From Alphaproteobacteria bacterium (GTDB taxonomy: Bacteria; Pseudomonadota; Alphaproteobacteria; UBA828): DNA of 64,000 bases. Below are positions 47,615-58,886 of the stretch, piece by piece (within the stretch, counting starts at the first letter, position 1; every line of letters begins with the position of its first letter). Made by a program: the position numbers and the translations under genes. The stretch lies in assembly GCA_965237415.1 (NCBI GenBank), contig CBDEFM010000002.1:192001-256000 (forward strand), written 5' to 3'. Under the pieces are notes generated by a model. That model had not been told where the DNA came from. It made no database searches and saw only the letters and a list, made by a program, of their open reading frames with translations.

Positions 47615-49210
47615 ATGAACGACACGGCACACGACCTTCGGGCACTCGCCCAGGGCGCCAAGGCCTGGCCCTTCAAGGAGGCCGCGGCGCTGCTCAAGCG
47701 CCTTGGCGGCGAGACGCCGGCGAAGGGGTACGCGCTCTTCGAGACCGGCTATGGCCCTTCGGGCCTGCCCCACATCGGCACCTTCGGCGAGGTCGCGCGC
47801 ACGACCATGGTGCGCCGCGCCTTCGCCGTGCTCAGCGACATCCCGACGCGCCTCGTGGCCTTCTCGGACGACTTGGACGCGCTGCGCAAGGTGCCCGAAA
47901 ACATTCCCGCTCGGGCCATGGTCGAGGAGCATCTCGGCAAGCCGCTCACGCAGATTCCCGATCCCTTCGGCACGCACGAGAGTTTTGGAGCCCACAACAA
48001 CGCCAGGCTGCGGGCCTTCCTCGACGATTTCGGCTTCGACTACACGTTCAAGAGCGCGAGCGAGGCTTATCGCTTGGGCGAGTTCGACGGCGCGCTCATG
48101 GACGCGCTCCGCCATTACGACGAGATCATGCGGATCATTCTGCCCACCCTGGGCGCCGAGCGGCAGGCGACCTACAGCCCCTTTCTGCCGCTCTGCCCCA
48201 AGACCGGCCGCGTGCTGCAGGTCCCCATCGCGGCCCGCGACGAAGGCGCGGGCACGGTGAGCTACGTGGACGAGGACGGCGAGACGATGACCGTCCCGGT
48301 CACGGGCGGCCATTGCAAGCTGCAGTGGAAGGCCGACTGGGCCATGCGCTGGCATTCGCTCGGCGTCGACTACGAGATGGCGGGGAAGGACCTGATCAGC
48401 TCTGTCGAAGTCTCAGGGAAGATCTGCCGGGCGCTGGGTTCGACGCCACCCGCCGGTTTCATCTACGAGCTCTTCCTCGACGAGAACAGCGAGAAGATTT
48501 CCAAGTCACGCGGCAACGGACTCGCTATCGAAGAATGGCTCGCCTACGGCTCACGCGATTCGCTCTCGCTCTACATGTACACCGCGCCGAGGCGCGCCAA
48601 GCGGCTCTACTTCGACGTGATTCCCCGCCACGTCGACGATCACCTGACCCATCTCGCGAAATATCCCGAGCAGGGGCCGGCCGAGCGGCTCGAGAGCCCG
48701 GCCTGGCATATTCACGCGGGCCACCCGCCCGCGCCGGAAATCGGCCTGAGTTACGGCGTCCTCCTCAACCTGGCGAGCGTCTGCAATACGGAGGACCCGG
48801 CCGTACTCTGGGGCTTCATCAGCCGCTACGTGCCGGCTGCCGCGCCGGAGACCGCACCCATCCTCGCTGAGCTCGTGGGTCACGCGCTCACCTACTACCG
48901 CGACGTGGTGAAGCCGACGAAGGCCTACCGCGCGCCGCTGCCGGAGGAGCGAGCGGCGCTCGACGACCTGCGCGCCGTGCTCGTGGCGATGCCGGCGGAC
49001 GCGGACGCCGAGGCGATCCAGACGGAGGTCTACGAGGTCGGCAAGCGCCATCCCTTCGAGTCGCTTCGCGACTGGTTCCGCGCGCTCTACGAGATTCTTC
49101 TGGGTCAGAGCCAGGGGCCCCGCATGGGCTCCTTCATCGCGCTCTATGGTTTGTCTGAGACGGTCGCGCTGATCGACCGCGCGCTCGCCGGGGAAGATCT
49201 GGCGGCATGA
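47615..49210 (+). CDS. lysS: Lysine--tRNA ligase, class I
   Basis: [29 protein letters not shown]. Confidence 0.97.
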   Translation: MNDTAHDLRALAQGAKAWPFKEAAALLKRLGGETPAKGYALFETGYGPSGLPHIGTFGEVARTTMVRRAFAVLSDIPTRLVAFSDDLDALRKVPENIPARAMVEEHLGKPLTQIPDPFGTHESFGAHNNARLRAFLDDFGFDYTFKSASEAYRLGEFDGALMDALRHYDEIMRIILPTLGAERQATYSPFLPLCPKTGRVLQVPIAARDEGAGTVSYVDEDGETMTVPVTGGHCKLQWKADWAMRWHSLGVDYEMAGKDLISSVEVSGKICRALGSTPPAGFIYELFLDENSEKISKSRGNGLAIEEWLAYGSRDSLSLYMYTAPRRAKRLYFDVIPRHVDDHLTHLAKYPEQGPAERLESPAWHIHAGHPPAPEIGLSYGVLLNLASVCNTEDPAVLWGFISRYVPAAAPETAPILAELVGHALTYYRDVVKPTKAYRAPLPEERAALDDLRAVLVAMPADADAEAIQTEVYEVGKRHPFESLRDWFRALYEILLGQSQGPRMGSFIALYGLSETVALIDRALAGEDLAA

Positions 49211-49361
49211 GCGGCCGGCGGGCTCTCCGGCCTCATCTCAATAGAGATGCTAGTTTGGCCAACTAGTGTATTACTTAAACAGGGAACCCATCATGTGCTT
49301 TCGACATAATGACTGCTCGACAACTTGACATGGCGCACAATGTCGTGTTTCCGTATTCGCT

Positions 49362-50015
49362 ATGAAACAATCCACTAACGGGACGACATTTCTGCTTGCG
49401 TTGGAGCATGCACACGAGGAGGCACGGCCTTTTCGCCACTGGGTGCTCCACGACATCCTCGATCCCGACACGCTCGCGGGTCTCAAGGCTTGGCCGCATG
49501 CGGCGCCCAGTGTCCGCTACACCCTCGGTCGAAGGGAGGAGAACAACCCCACGCGGCGCTATGTGGATGCGGACGCGATCGAAAGCTACTTGCCTGCCAA
49601 GGCTCTCGCCGAGTTATTTCAGGATACCCGTGTCGTCTCCGCCATCGAGGCCCAATGCGGCGCCAGTCTCGCCGGCACCAGTCTCCGGATCGAATATGCC
49701 CAAGACGTCGAGGGGTTCTGGCTGGAGCCGCATACCGATATCGGCGTCAAGGCTTTCACCATGTTCGTCTGCCTGGACGACGCAGGGGAGCACCGCGATT
49801 GGGGGACAGATTTCTTTTCCGACGGTTCGACGCACGCAAAAAGGCTCCCGTTCATCGATAATACGGGCGTTATGTTCGTACCGAGTGACAACACCTGGCA
49901 CGGTTTTCTGCCGCGTAAGATCGACGGCGTGCGCCGCTCGCTGATCGTTAATTTTGTGACGAGCGAATGGCGTAACCGTCACGAACTTGCCTACCCCGAC
50001 AAGCCGGTTGCTTAG
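49362..50015 (+). CDS. 2OG-Fe(II) oxygenase family protein
   Basis: LEPHTD...WHGF...RRSLIVN. Confidence 0.87.
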   Translation: MKQSTNGTTFLLALEHAHEEARPFRHWVLHDILDPDTLAGLKAWPHAAPSVRYTLGRREENNPTRRYVDADAIESYLPAKALAELFQDTRVVSAIEAQCGASLAGTSLRIEYAQDVEGFWLEPHTDIGVKAFTMFVCLDDAGEHRDWGTDFFSDGSTHAKRLPFIDNTGVMFVPSDNTWHGFLPRKIDGVRRSLIVNFVTSEWRNRHELAYPDKPVA

Positions 50016-50931
50016 AACCGTTTGGGTTGTCACCACCGGCGAAGCCGGCATGCGCTCGCAGGCAGAGGGTTTGGCCGAGGCTCTCGGCTGGCCGTTCGAG
50101 AGTATCACCGCCCACCTGCGCCGGGCTTGGTCGTGGATACCGGCGCATCGACAGCCGTTGAGTTTCCTGCGCTACGGGCTGCAGGAGCGGCTGCCGCAGC
50201 CCTGGCCCGACCTTCTGATCAGCTGCGGCCGGCGCAGCGCCTCGGTCTCGGCTGCGGTCCGGCGCGCCGCCGGCGGCAGGACTTTCACCGTGCACATACA
50301 GAACCCGCGCGCCCCTACCCATATTTTCGACCTGGTCGTTCCGCCGGCACATGACGGGCTCGCAGGGCCCAACGTGGTGGCGACGCGGGCCGCCCTGCAT
50401 CGTGTAACGCCGGAGAATCTCGCGGCCGCTAGCGCGGAGTGGCAAGACAGCCTCGGTCGGCTCAACGTCGCCGTGATGCTCGGCGGCAGCACGCGGGCAC
50501 ACCGCTTCACGCGGGAGACCGTGGATAAACTTGCGAACGGACTGGCTGGTCTTGACGGGGAAATCGCGGTCACAGCATCGAGGCGAACCGAACCCGGCGT
50601 CGTCGACGCTCTCAAGGCCCGTCTACCGCAGGCTTGGTTCTGGGACGGCACCGGCCGCAATCCCTACCTCGGCATGTTGGCGTTGGCCCGACACATCGTG
50701 GTCACCGAGGATTCGGTGTCCTTGATCAGCGAAGCCATATCCACGGGAAAGCCCGTCTACGTTGCCGAGATGGCGGGCGCCAACCGCCGGCTGGCGCATT
50801 TCCTGAAGACTCTACAGGAAGAAGGCATTGTGCGTCCCTTCGACGGCCGGCTCGCCGAATGGCGCTACGAGCCAATCAATGAAACACCACGCATCGCCGC
50901 CGAAGTGCGCCGGCGTATGGAAGCCGCATAG
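50008..50931 (+). CDS. ELM1/GtrOC1 (mitochondrial fission ELM1-like) family protein
   Basis: PDLLISCGRR, DLVVPPAHD, SRRT, NPYLGML, VTEDSVSLISEA. Confidence 0.87.
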   Translation: MLRTVWVVTTGEAGMRSQAEGLAEALGWPFESITAHLRRAWSWIPAHRQPLSFLRYGLQERLPQPWPDLLISCGRRSASVSAAVRRAAGGRTFTVHIQNPRAPTHIFDLVVPPAHDGLAGPNVVATRAALHRVTPENLAAASAEWQDSLGRLNVAVMLGGSTRAHRFTRETVDKLANGLAGLDGEIAVTASRRTEPGVVDALKARLPQAWFWDGTGRNPYLGMLALARHIVVTEDSVSLISEAISTGKPVYVAEMAGANRRLAHFLKTLQEEGIVRPFDGRLAEWRYEPINETPRIAAEVRRRMEAA

Positions 50932-51060
50932 GCCGCTGAAGGTTCATAAGCCGCGGCCCTTCCCGTCGCTGCAACTCGCTTCTCTCGCCGGGGCGGGGAA
51001 GCTTTGCTAATGTCAGATTAACAATCGCCAATTGCGATCAACGCGAGAGGAGGCAGGTCG

Positions 51061-52371
51061 ATGACACATGAGAGCCGCAGGAAGAAAGGCGCCGGGCGCA
51101 CCCGTCGCGAAATCCTGAAAGCCGGCGCCGCCGGCGCCGTAGGAACGGCCGCGCTCAGCGCAGGCTTCCCCTCCATCGTCCGCGCTGCGGACACGGTGAA
51201 GATCGGCTATGTCAGCCCCAAGACCGGCCCGCTCGCGCCGTTCGCAGATGCCGACGAGTTCAACGTCGCCTCGGTGCTGGAGGCGATCGGCGGCAAGGTC
51301 CAGTCCGGCGGCAATAGCCTCGATGTCGAGATCATCGTCAAGGACAGCCAGTCGAACCCGAACCGCGCGGCCGAGGTCGCGAGCCAGCTGATCCTCTCCG
51401 ACGAGGTGCACCTGCTCTGCGCCGGCAACACGCCGGAGACCACCAACCCGGTCGCCGACCAGGCCGAGATCAACGAGGTCCCCTGCGTCACGACGCTCTG
51501 CCCGTGGCAGCCCTACTTCTTCGGCCGCGGCGGCGATCCGGCGACGGGCTTCCAGTGGACCTACCACTATTTCTGGGGGCTGGAGGACGTGATCGCCGTG
51601 TTCCTCAACCTCTGGGGCAAGCTGGAGACCAACAAGGTGGTCGGCGGCCTCTTCCCCAACGACGGCGACGGCAACGCCTGGGGCCACCCCGAGCTCGGCT
51701 TCCCCAAGCCGCTCGCCGGCGCCGGCTACACCCTGATCGACCCGGGCCGTTATCAGAACCTGTCGAACGATTTTTCGGCCCATATCTCCGAGTTCAAGGA
51801 CAAGGGCGTCGAGATTGTCACCGGCGTCGTCCTGCCGCCGGACTTCACCACCTTCTGGACCCAGGCCGCGCAGCAGGGCTTCCGGCCCAAGGCGGCGACG
51901 GTGGGCAAGGCGCTGCTCTTCCCCGGTGCGATCGAGGCGCTGGGCGATGCCGGGCACAACATGAGCTCGGAAATCTGGTGGAGCCCCTCGCACCCCTTCA
52001 CCTCGAGCATCACCGGCCAGACCTGCGGCGAGCTTGCCGCCGCTTTCACCGCCGCCACCGGCAAGCAGTGGAGCCAGCCGGTGGGCTACGGCCATTCGAT
52101 ATTCGAAGTCGCCCTCGATGTGGTGAGCCGGGCGGAAGACGTCAACGACCCCCAGGCGATGCTCGCCTCCATCGTCGCTACCAACATCGCGACGGTGGCT
52201 GGACCCGTGTCATGGGGCTCGGGCCCGGTCAAGAATGTGGCGAAGATGCCGCTCGTGGGCGGCCAGTGGCGGCGCACGCCGGACGGCCCCTTCGCTTACG
52301 ACCTCGCCATCACGTCCAACGAGACGGCGCCGGATATCCCCGTCGGCGCCGACATGGAGCCGATCGGCTAG
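51061..52371 (+). CDS. Branched-chain-type ABC transporter substrate-binding protein (Tat signal)
   Basis: [30 protein letters not shown]. Confidence 0.92.
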   Translation: MTHESRRKKGAGRTRREILKAGAAGAVGTAALSAGFPSIVRAADTVKIGYVSPKTGPLAPFADADEFNVASVLEAIGGKVQSGGNSLDVEIIVKDSQSNPNRAAEVASQLILSDEVHLLCAGNTPETTNPVADQAEINEVPCVTTLCPWQPYFFGRGGDPATGFQWTYHYFWGLEDVIAVFLNLWGKLETNKVVGGLFPNDGDGNAWGHPELGFPKPLAGAGYTLIDPGRYQNLSNDFSAHISEFKDKGVEIVTGVVLPPDFTTFWTQAAQQGFRPKAATVGKALLFPGAIEALGDAGHNMSSEIWWSPSHPFTSSITGQTCGELAAAFTAATGKQWSQPVGYGHSIFEVALDVVSRAEDVNDPQAMLASIVATNIATVAGPVSWGSGPVKNVAKMPLVGGQWRRTPDGPFAYDLAITSNETAPDIPVGADMEPIG

Positions 52372-52425
52372 AGACCCAGACCTGCGGACGGTGCTCCCGG
52401 CGCCGCTCCGCAGGCGCGTGCCGGC

Positions 52426-53151
52426 ATGGCGGCGCTGATCGCGCTGGAGGGCGTCTCCAAGAGCTTCGGCTCGGTCAGGGCGACCGACCAGTTCAGCATG
52501 GAGCTCGCCGAGGGCGAGGCGCTCGGCGTCATCGGCCCCAACGGTGCCGGCAAGAGCACCATGTTCAATATCATCACCGGCGGGGTGCGGCCGAGCGAGG
52601 GGCGCGTGCTTTTCGCCGGCCGCGACATCACGCGGACGCCGGCGCACGAGCGCTGCCGCATGGGGATCGGGCGCTCGTATCAGATCCCCCATCCCTTCGC
52701 CAACATGACCGTGTTCGAGAACCTGCTGGTCGGCGCGGCCTTCGGCGGCAGCCGCTCCGAGGCCGCCTGCTATGAGGATTGCTGCGAGATCCTGGAGCGC
52801 ACCCACCTGTTGGAAAAGGCGAATGCGCTGGCCGGCGCACTCACCCTGCTGGAGCGCAAGAGGCTGGAGATGGCGCGCGCGTTGGCGACCCGGCCGCGCG
52901 TGCTGCTGCTGGATGAAATTGCCGGCGGGCTGACCGAGCATGAGTGCGGTGCGCTGGTCGAGACCATCAAGACGATCCACCGCACCGGCGTCTCGATCGT
53001 CTGGATCGAGCATGTGGTGCACGCGGTGCTCTCGGTCGTCAGCCGGCTGATCGTCATCAACTTCGGTCGGAAGCTCGCCGAAGGGGATCCGCAGCGGGTG
53101 ATGGCGAGCGCTGAGGTGCAGGAGGTCTACATGGGGATCAGCGCCGAATGA
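52426..53151 (+). CDS. ABC transporter ATP-binding protein (LivG-like)
   Basis: [18 protein letters not shown]. Confidence 0.94.
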   Translation: MAALIALEGVSKSFGSVRATDQFSMELAEGEALGVIGPNGAGKSTMFNIITGGVRPSEGRVLFAGRDITRTPAHERCRMGIGRSYQIPHPFANMTVFENLLVGAAFGGSRSEAACYEDCCEILERTHLLEKANALAGALTLLERKRLEMARALATRPRVLLLDEIAGGLTEHECGALVETIKTIHRTGVSIVWIEHVVHAVLSVVSRLIVINFGRKLAEGDPQRVMASAEVQEVYMGISAE

Positions 53152-53861
53152 GCGCGGCACCCGAGGCGGTGCTCGCGACCGAGAACCTCACCGCCTTCTA
53201 CGGCGATTTTCAGGCGCTCTTCGGCATCGACGTCCATGTCGGACGCGGCGAGACGGTCGCCATCATCGGGGCCAACGGCGCCGGAAAGTCGACCTTTCTC
53301 AAGAGCGTGGTCGGGCAGCTGCCGTCGGCGCCGGAGCAGGTCGCGTTCGAGGGCGAGCCCATCGGCCACCTGCCGGCCCACGAGGTCGTGCGCCGCGGCG
53401 TCGCCCTCGTGCCCGAGGGGCGTCTCCTCTTCCCGTCGCTCTCGGTTGAAGAGAACCTGCGTCTCGGCGCCTTCGGCAAGCGCCCAGGGCCCTGGCGGAT
53501 CGAGCGAGTCCACGAGCTCTTCCCTGTCCTCAGGGAGCGGCGCGCGACGCCGGGCACCGCGCTCAGCGGTGGTGAGCAACAAATGTGCGCCATCGGCCGC
53601 GCACTGATGAGCAACCCGACGCTCTTGCTCTGCGACGAGCTCAGCCTGGGTTTAGCGCCGGTCATCATCCGGCAACTCTACGCCGTCCTGCCGGTGATCG
53701 TCTCCGAAGGGACCACCGTCGTCGTGGTCGAGCAGGATATCAACCAGGCGCTTTCCGTCGCCGACCGCGTCTATTGCTTCCAGGAAGGCCGCGTCTCGCT
53801 CCAGGGCAGGCCAGACGACCTCTCCCGCGAAGACGTTGCCACGGCCTATTTCGGGATTTAG
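53148..53861 (+). CDS. ABC transporter ATP-binding protein (LivF-like)
   Basis: GANGAGKST, LSGGEQQ, DELSLGLAP. Confidence 0.94.
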   Translation: MSAAPEAVLATENLTAFYGDFQALFGIDVHVGRGETVAIIGANGAGKSTFLKSVVGQLPSAPEQVAFEGEPIGHLPAHEVVRRGVALVPEGRLLFPSLSVEENLRLGAFGKRPGPWRIERVHELFPVLRERRATPGTALSGGEQQMCAIGRALMSNPTLLLCDELSLGLAPVIIRQLYAVLPVIVSEGTTVVVVEQDINQALSVADRVYCFQEGRVSLQGRPDDLSREDVATAYFGI

Positions 53862-53946
53862 GGCGGCGCTGCTCGAACATACCCGAGCAACATCCCGTAT
53901 CATGCCGGCCATGACCCGCGTCCTAGCACGAGCCGCTTGACCCGCG

Positions 53947-54816
53947 ATGGAGTGGCTCCACGCCATCATCCAAGGCGTGCTGCTGGGCGGGCTCTACGCT
54001 CTGTTCGCGACCGGCCTCTCGCTGATCTTCGGCGTGATGCGGCTGGTCAACATCGCCCACGGCGATCTGATCGTGCTCGCCGCCTTCCTCGGCCTCGCCA
54101 TGGTCAACGGCACCGGCGTGCACCCATTCTTGAGCCTGATCGTCACCGTGCCGGTGATGGCGGGGATCGGCTACGCACTCCAGCGCGGCATCCTCAACCT
54201 CACGCTGGGCGGCGACATCCTGCCGCCGCTTCTGGTGACCTTCGGCCTTTCCATCATCATCCAGAACGTGCTGCTCGAGGTGTTCTCCGCCGACACACAG
54301 CGGCTCAAGGCCGGCGCGCTGGAGACGGCGAGCATCGCCATCGGCGATCAGATTGCCATCGGCTGGTTCCCGCTCATCGTCTTCCTGTCGGCGCTCGGGG
54401 TGATCGCGGGCCTGCAGCTTCTGCTCTTCCGCACCCGGCTCGGCGTGGCCTTCCGCGCGACCTCGGACGACCATGAGACGGCGGCGCTGATGGGCATCGA
54501 CAACCGCCACGTGTTTGCGCTCGCCATGGCACTGGCGCTCGCGGTGGTGGCGATCGCCGGCACCTTCATGGCGATCCGCACCAACTTCTCGCCCGCCATC
54601 GGGCCGGCACGGCTGCTCTACGCCTTCGAGGCGGTGATCATCGGCGGGCTCGGCAGCCTGTGGGGGACGCTGGCCGGCGGCGTGATCCTCGGCGTTGCCC
54701 AGGCGATCGGCGCGAAGTTTCACCCCGGCGGGCAGATCCTCGCGGGCCACGTGGCCTTCCTGATCGTGCTCGTGCTCAGGCCCAACGGGCTCTTCCCGCG
54801 AACGAGGGACCGGTGA
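53947..54816 (+). CDS. Branched-chain amino acid ABC permease (LivH-like)
   Basis: GLSLIFGVMRLVNIAHG, GGLGSLWG. Confidence 0.94.
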   Translation: MEWLHAIIQGVLLGGLYALFATGLSLIFGVMRLVNIAHGDLIVLAAFLGLAMVNGTGVHPFLSLIVTVPVMAGIGYALQRGILNLTLGGDILPPLLVTFGLSIIIQNVLLEVFSADTQRLKAGALETASIAIGDQIAIGWFPLIVFLSALGVIAGLQLLLFRTRLGVAFRATSDDHETAALMGIDNRHVFALAMALALAVVAIAGTFMAIRTNFSPAIGPARLLYAFEAVIIGGLGSLWGTLAGGVILGVAQAIGAKFHPGGQILAGHVAFLIVLVLRPNGLFPRTRDR

Positions 54817-55883
54817 GCGAGGGCGCTGCCGCCTACCGGGTCGAGCGCGGCACCCGCGCGAGCCGATATGGCGCGCTGATCGCGGTCCTGGGGCTCGTCG
54901 TCCTGATCTCGCTTCCCTTTTGGGGCGGGCGCGCGGACATGCGGACGATCGTCGAGATCGCCTATTACCTCGCCCTCGCGCAGCTCTGGAACCTGCTCGC
55001 GGGCTACGCCGGGCTGGTCTCGGTCGGGCAGCAGGCGTTCTTGGGGCTCGGCGGCTATGCCCTCTTCGTGTTCGCGATGAATGCGGGGGTCCACCCCATC
55101 GCCGCGATTCCGCTCGCGGGTATTGCCGCGGCGCTCTTCGCCGTGCCGACGGCGTTCATCGTGTTCCGCTTGAGGGGCGCTTATTTCGCCATCGGCACCT
55201 GGGTCGTGGCCGAGGTGTACATGCTCTCCTTCGCGCAGGTCTCCGCGCTTGGCGGCGGCTCCGGAATGAGCCTGCCAGCGGCGGTGGTGAAGGGCATCGC
55301 CACAGGCCGTATGTGGCGGGAATCGGCGATTTACTGGACCGGGCTCGCGATCGCCGTCGGCGCCATCGCGCTGGTCTACCTGCTGCTCCGCTCGCGCCAC
55401 GGCCTCGCGCTGACGGCGATCCGGGATTCGGAGGCGGCATCCGGCAGCCTCGGCGTCGATAATTTCCGGACCAAGCTGTGGGTTTATATCGTCGCCGCCT
55501 TCGGCACCGGCATGGTCGGCGCGCTGGTGTATCTCACCAAGCTCCGCATCTCGCCCGAGGCCGGCTTCAACGTCGTCGACTGGACCGCCAACGTCATTTT
55601 CATCGTCGTGATCGGCGGCATCGGCACGATCGAAGGGCCGATCATCGGCGTCATCGTCTTCTTCGTTCTGCGCGAGTTGCTCGCGGACTTCGGCAGCTGG
55701 TATCTGATCGTGCTCGGCGCGGCCGCGGTGCTGATGATGCTGCGTGCGCCGCAGGGCATCTGGGGCCTGATCGCCGAGCGCTTCGATCTCCGGTTCTTCC
55801 CGGTGCAGCGGCGTCTGGTGTTCGATCCCGCGTCCTTCAGCTTCGTCGCGGACACTCAAGAGGAGGGTAAACGCAAACCATGA
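54813..55883 (+). CDS. Branched-chain amino acid ABC permease (LivM-like)
   Basis: WNLLAGYAGLVSVGQQAF, RLRGAYFAI, GGIGTIEGP. Confidence 0.94.
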   Translation: MSEGAAAYRVERGTRASRYGALIAVLGLVVLISLPFWGGRADMRTIVEIAYYLALAQLWNLLAGYAGLVSVGQQAFLGLGGYALFVFAMNAGVHPIAAIPLAGIAAALFAVPTAFIVFRLRGAYFAIGTWVVAEVYMLSFAQVSALGGGSGMSLPAAVVKGIATGRMWRESAIYWTGLAIAVGAIALVYLLLRSRHGLALTAIRDSEAASGSLGVDNFRTKLWVYIVAAFGTGMVGALVYLTKLRISPEAGFNVVDWTANVIFIVVIGGIGTIEGPIIGVIVFFVLRELLADFGSWYLIVLGAAAVLMMLRAPQGIWGLIAERFDLRFFPVQRRLVFDPASFSFVADTQEEGKRKP

Positions 55884-57085
55884 CCGAGGCCTTCATCTGC
55901 GACGGACAGAGGACCCCCATCGGGCGTTTCGGCGGCGCGCTTGCCACCGTCCGGCCCGACGATCTCGGCGCAGTGCCCATCGCCGCGCTGATGGCGCGCA
56001 ACACGGGCGTGGACTGGGCGGGGGTGGACGACGTCCAGTTCGGCTGCGCCAACCAGGCGGGCGAGGACAACCGCAACGTCGCCCGCATGGCATCGTTGCT
56101 CGCGGGCCTGCCCGAGACGGTGCCGGGCGTCACCATCAACCGGCTCTGCGGCTCCGGCATGGACGCCGTCGGCAGCGCGGCACGTGCGATCAAGACGGGG
56201 GAGGCGGAACTCGCCATCGCCGGCGGCGTCGAGAGCATGACCCGCGCGCCCTTCGTCATGGCCAAGGCCGAGACCGCGTATTCCCGCGCGGCCAAGATCG
56301 AGGACACCACGCTCGGCTGGCGCTTCGTCAACAAGCTGATGAAGGCGAAGCACGGGATCGATTCAATGCCGGAGACGGCCGAGAACGTCGCCGAGGAGTA
56401 TCAGATCGAGCGCTGCGACCAGGACGCCTATGCCTACCGCAGCCAGCGCCGTGCGGCCCAGGCGATCGAGGACGGCCGGCTGGAGAGCGAGATCACCCCG
56501 GTCATGGTGCCGCAACGCAAGAGCGACCCGGTCGCAGTCGAGCGCGACGAGCATCCGCGCCCACAGACGACGCTCGAAGGTCTCGCCAAACTGCCGACGC
56601 CGTTCCGGGAGGGCGGCACCGTGACCGCCGGCAATGCATCGGGCGTCAACGACGGCGCCTGCGCGCTGCTCTTGGCCTCGGACGACGCCGCCCGGCGCCA
56701 CGGCCTCACGCCGCGCGCCCGCGTCATCGCGATGGCGAGCGCCGGCGTCGCACCCCGCATCATGGGCGTGGGCCCCGCGCCGGCCTCGCGCAAGGTGCTC
56801 GCCAATGCGGGCCTCGATCTCGACCGCATGGACGTGATCGAGCTCAACGAGGCCTTCGCGGCGCAGGTGCTGGCGGTCACCCGCGAGCTCGGGCTGGCGG
56901 ACGATGCCGAGCACGTGAACCCCAACGGCGGTGCCATCGCCTTCGGCCACCCACTGGGTATGAGCGGCGCCCGGCTCGTGCTGACGGCAATGCGCGAGCT
57001 GGAGCGGCGCGACGGCCGCTACGCGCTCTGCACCATGTGCATCGGCGTCGGCCAGGGCATTGCCATGATCCTGGAGCGGGTGTGA
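55880..57085 (+). CDS. pcaF: 3-oxoadipyl-CoA thiolase
   Basis: GCANQAGEDNRNVAR, NRLCGSG, NEAFA, GHPLG, CIGVGQG. Confidence 0.9.
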   Translation: MTEAFICDGQRTPIGRFGGALATVRPDDLGAVPIAALMARNTGVDWAGVDDVQFGCANQAGEDNRNVARMASLLAGLPETVPGVTINRLCGSGMDAVGSAARAIKTGEAELAIAGGVESMTRAPFVMAKAETAYSRAAKIEDTTLGWRFVNKLMKAKHGIDSMPETAENVAEEYQIERCDQDAYAYRSQRRAAQAIEDGRLESEITPVMVPQRKSDPVAVERDEHPRPQTTLEGLAKLPTPFREGGTVTAGNASGVNDGACALLLASDDAARRHGLTPRARVIAMASAGVAPRIMGVGPAPASRKVLANAGLDLDRMDVIELNEAFAAQVLAVTRELGLADDAEHVNPNGGAIAFGHPLGMSGARLVLTAMRELERRDGRYALCTMCIGVGQGIAMILERV

Positions 57086-57122
57086 CCGCGCCTGCGTAAC
57101 GGCCCGCGCCCGGCCCTGAAAC

Positions 57123-57812
57123 CTAATCCGAGAGCACGACGCCCCAGGGCAGGACCTGGTTGCCGGAGACGAGGCTCGCGCCGAGGATGCGCTTGGGCTT
57201 CAGCAGGTGCGTGGGGTCGTCCTCGCTCGGCTCGAAGCTGACCGTGCCCTCGCCCCAGACGGTCTCCGTGATCTCGGTCTCCGCCGGCAGTTGCACGACC
57301 TGACGCTTCACCGCGTCTGCGCGGTCGGCCTCCGGCAGCGCCTTCACGAACAGACGCGGGAAGGTCTTGAGCGGCTCGAAGGCGCGGCCCGTGGGCCGCA
57401 TGTCGATCGCGATCACGCGCCGGCCGAGACGCTCGGTGAAACCCCAGATCCTGTTCGTGTCGACGTGAAGCTCCATCGACGCGAGCTTCATGCGGAAGCC
57501 CCAGAGCTCGCGCGTCCCCGAGCACACCTGGTCGGTGCTCGTGAAGGCGTGGACCCAGTGCCCGCCGATGTCGCCCCCGTAACGCACCTGGGCGATGACG
57601 GCGCTGTCGTAGTAGGGGCGCGTCGGCACCGTGCTCTCGAAGTGCATGACGGTGATCTGCACGACGCTGGATGCAAGCTCCAGCGGTGCCGGCACGCGGG
57701 TGCTAAGCGCCGCTTCGTCGACTTCGCAGAAGATGCTGAGCGTGCGGAAGCGATGCTTCCAGGGGGGCAGGGGGTAGGGCAGGAGCTCGGTGTCGAGCTG
57801 CTTCTCGTTCAT
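57123..57812 (-). CDS. Acetoacetate decarboxylase family protein
   Basis: YPLPPW, VPAPLE, GTRELWGFRMK. Confidence 0.8.
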   Translation of the reverse strand: MNEKQLDTELLPYPLPPWKHRFRTLSIFCEVDEAALSTRVPAPLELASSVVQITVMHFESTVPTRPYYDSAVIAQVRYGGDIGGHWVHAFTSTDQVCSGTRELWGFRMKLASMELHVDTNRIWGFTERLGRRVIAIDMRPTGRAFEPLKTFPRLFVKALPEADRADAVKRQVVQLPAETEITETVWGEGTVSFEPSEDDPTHLLKPKRILGASLVSGNQVLPWGVVLSD

Positions 57813-58056
57813 GGGGCGGTCCCGTTGAGGGGTTGTCGATAGCAGGGGCGGCCAGGAGATCGCCTCGCCGGCTCTGGTGGGCAGCATGGGAACACATCTC
57901 GGAAAGCGGAATCAAATCGCACGGTGCCCTCACCGTTTCCGACGATAACGTGCCCGTAACGCGCGCCGCCCGAGGCCCTGCCTTCGTGTCTTTCCTTGAA
58001 CAGGACGGGCTCCGGCGGTAATCCGTCTATAAGCACGGCATAGGGAGGGCCTGACG

Positions 58057-58824
58057 ATGGCAATGGATGTGAGGGTCGTGACCCCGATCACGACCTGGGG
58101 GTTTCGCGACAAGTCCGAGTTCCGCGCGCTGGAGCGGCCGGATCTGACGATCAGCCATATCGAGATCGAGACCGGGCCGGCCTCGATCGAGTGCGAGTAT
58201 GACGAGGCCCTCGCCGTACCCGGGACGATCGCCAAGATCGTCGAGGCCGAGCGCGACGGCTGCGACGCGGTGGTGATCGACTGCATGGGCGATCCCGGCA
58301 TGTTGCCGGGGCGCGAGTGCGTCTCCATCCCCGTGGTCGGGCCTTGCGAGGCGGCGATGCACGTGGCCTCGATGCTGGGGCACACCTTCAGCGTCGTTAC
58401 CGTGCTCAAGCGCCTGCGTCCGCAGTTCGAGCATCAGGCGCAGATCTACGGGGTGCGCGAGAAGCTCGCTTCGGTCCGTTCGGTCTCGATCCCGGTGCTG
58501 GAGCTGGAGCAGAACCTCGAGCGCACCAAGGCGGCCCTTGCCGAAGAGGCCATCCGCGCGGTCGAGGACGACGGGGCCGACGCGATCATCTTCGGCTGCA
58601 CCGGCATGCTGGGATGCGCCGAGGCCGTGCGCCAGGGGCTGCTCGCCAGGGGCTACGACGTTCCCGTGATCGATCCGATCCCGTGGGCGATCAAGATGGC
58701 CGCAAGCCTGGTGGATGCTGGGCTGAGCCACAGCAAGATCACCTACGAACAGCCGCCGGCCAAGCCCGTTGTCGGCTACGAGCCGCTGCCGGGGACGAGC
58801 CTCGCCCGCGACGCGGCGGAATAG
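58057..58824 (+). CDS. Asp/Glu/hydantoin racemase family protein
   Basis: GPASIE, IDCMGDPG, FGCTGM, VPVIDP. Confidence 0.92.
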   Translation: MAMDVRVVTPITTWGFRDKSEFRALERPDLTISHIEIETGPASIECEYDEALAVPGTIAKIVEAERDGCDAVVIDCMGDPGMLPGRECVSIPVVGPCEAAMHVASMLGHTFSVVTVLKRLRPQFEHQAQIYGVREKLASVRSVSIPVLELEQNLERTKAALAEEAIRAVEDDGADAIIFGCTGMLGCAEAVRQGLLARGYDVPVIDPIPWAIKMAASLVDAGLSHSKITYEQPPAKPVVGYEPLPGTSLARDAAE

Positions 58825-58843
58825 GCGACAGTAGACGACGCTC

Positions 58844-58869
58844 GCGGGTGCGCCGCGAGGCGCACCCGC
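58844..58869. terminator. Hairpin between convergent genes (bidirectional terminator or REP)
   Basis: Perfect 11-bp stem GCGGGTGCGCC-GCGA-GGCGCACCCGC. Confidence 0.6.
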
Positions 58870-58886
58870 TCCGACGCGAACGGCGA

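Noticed and set aside
49250-49320. Possible dif/XerCD site
   Set aside because: Only one partial XerD-like arm; no matching XerC arm at 6-bp spacing.
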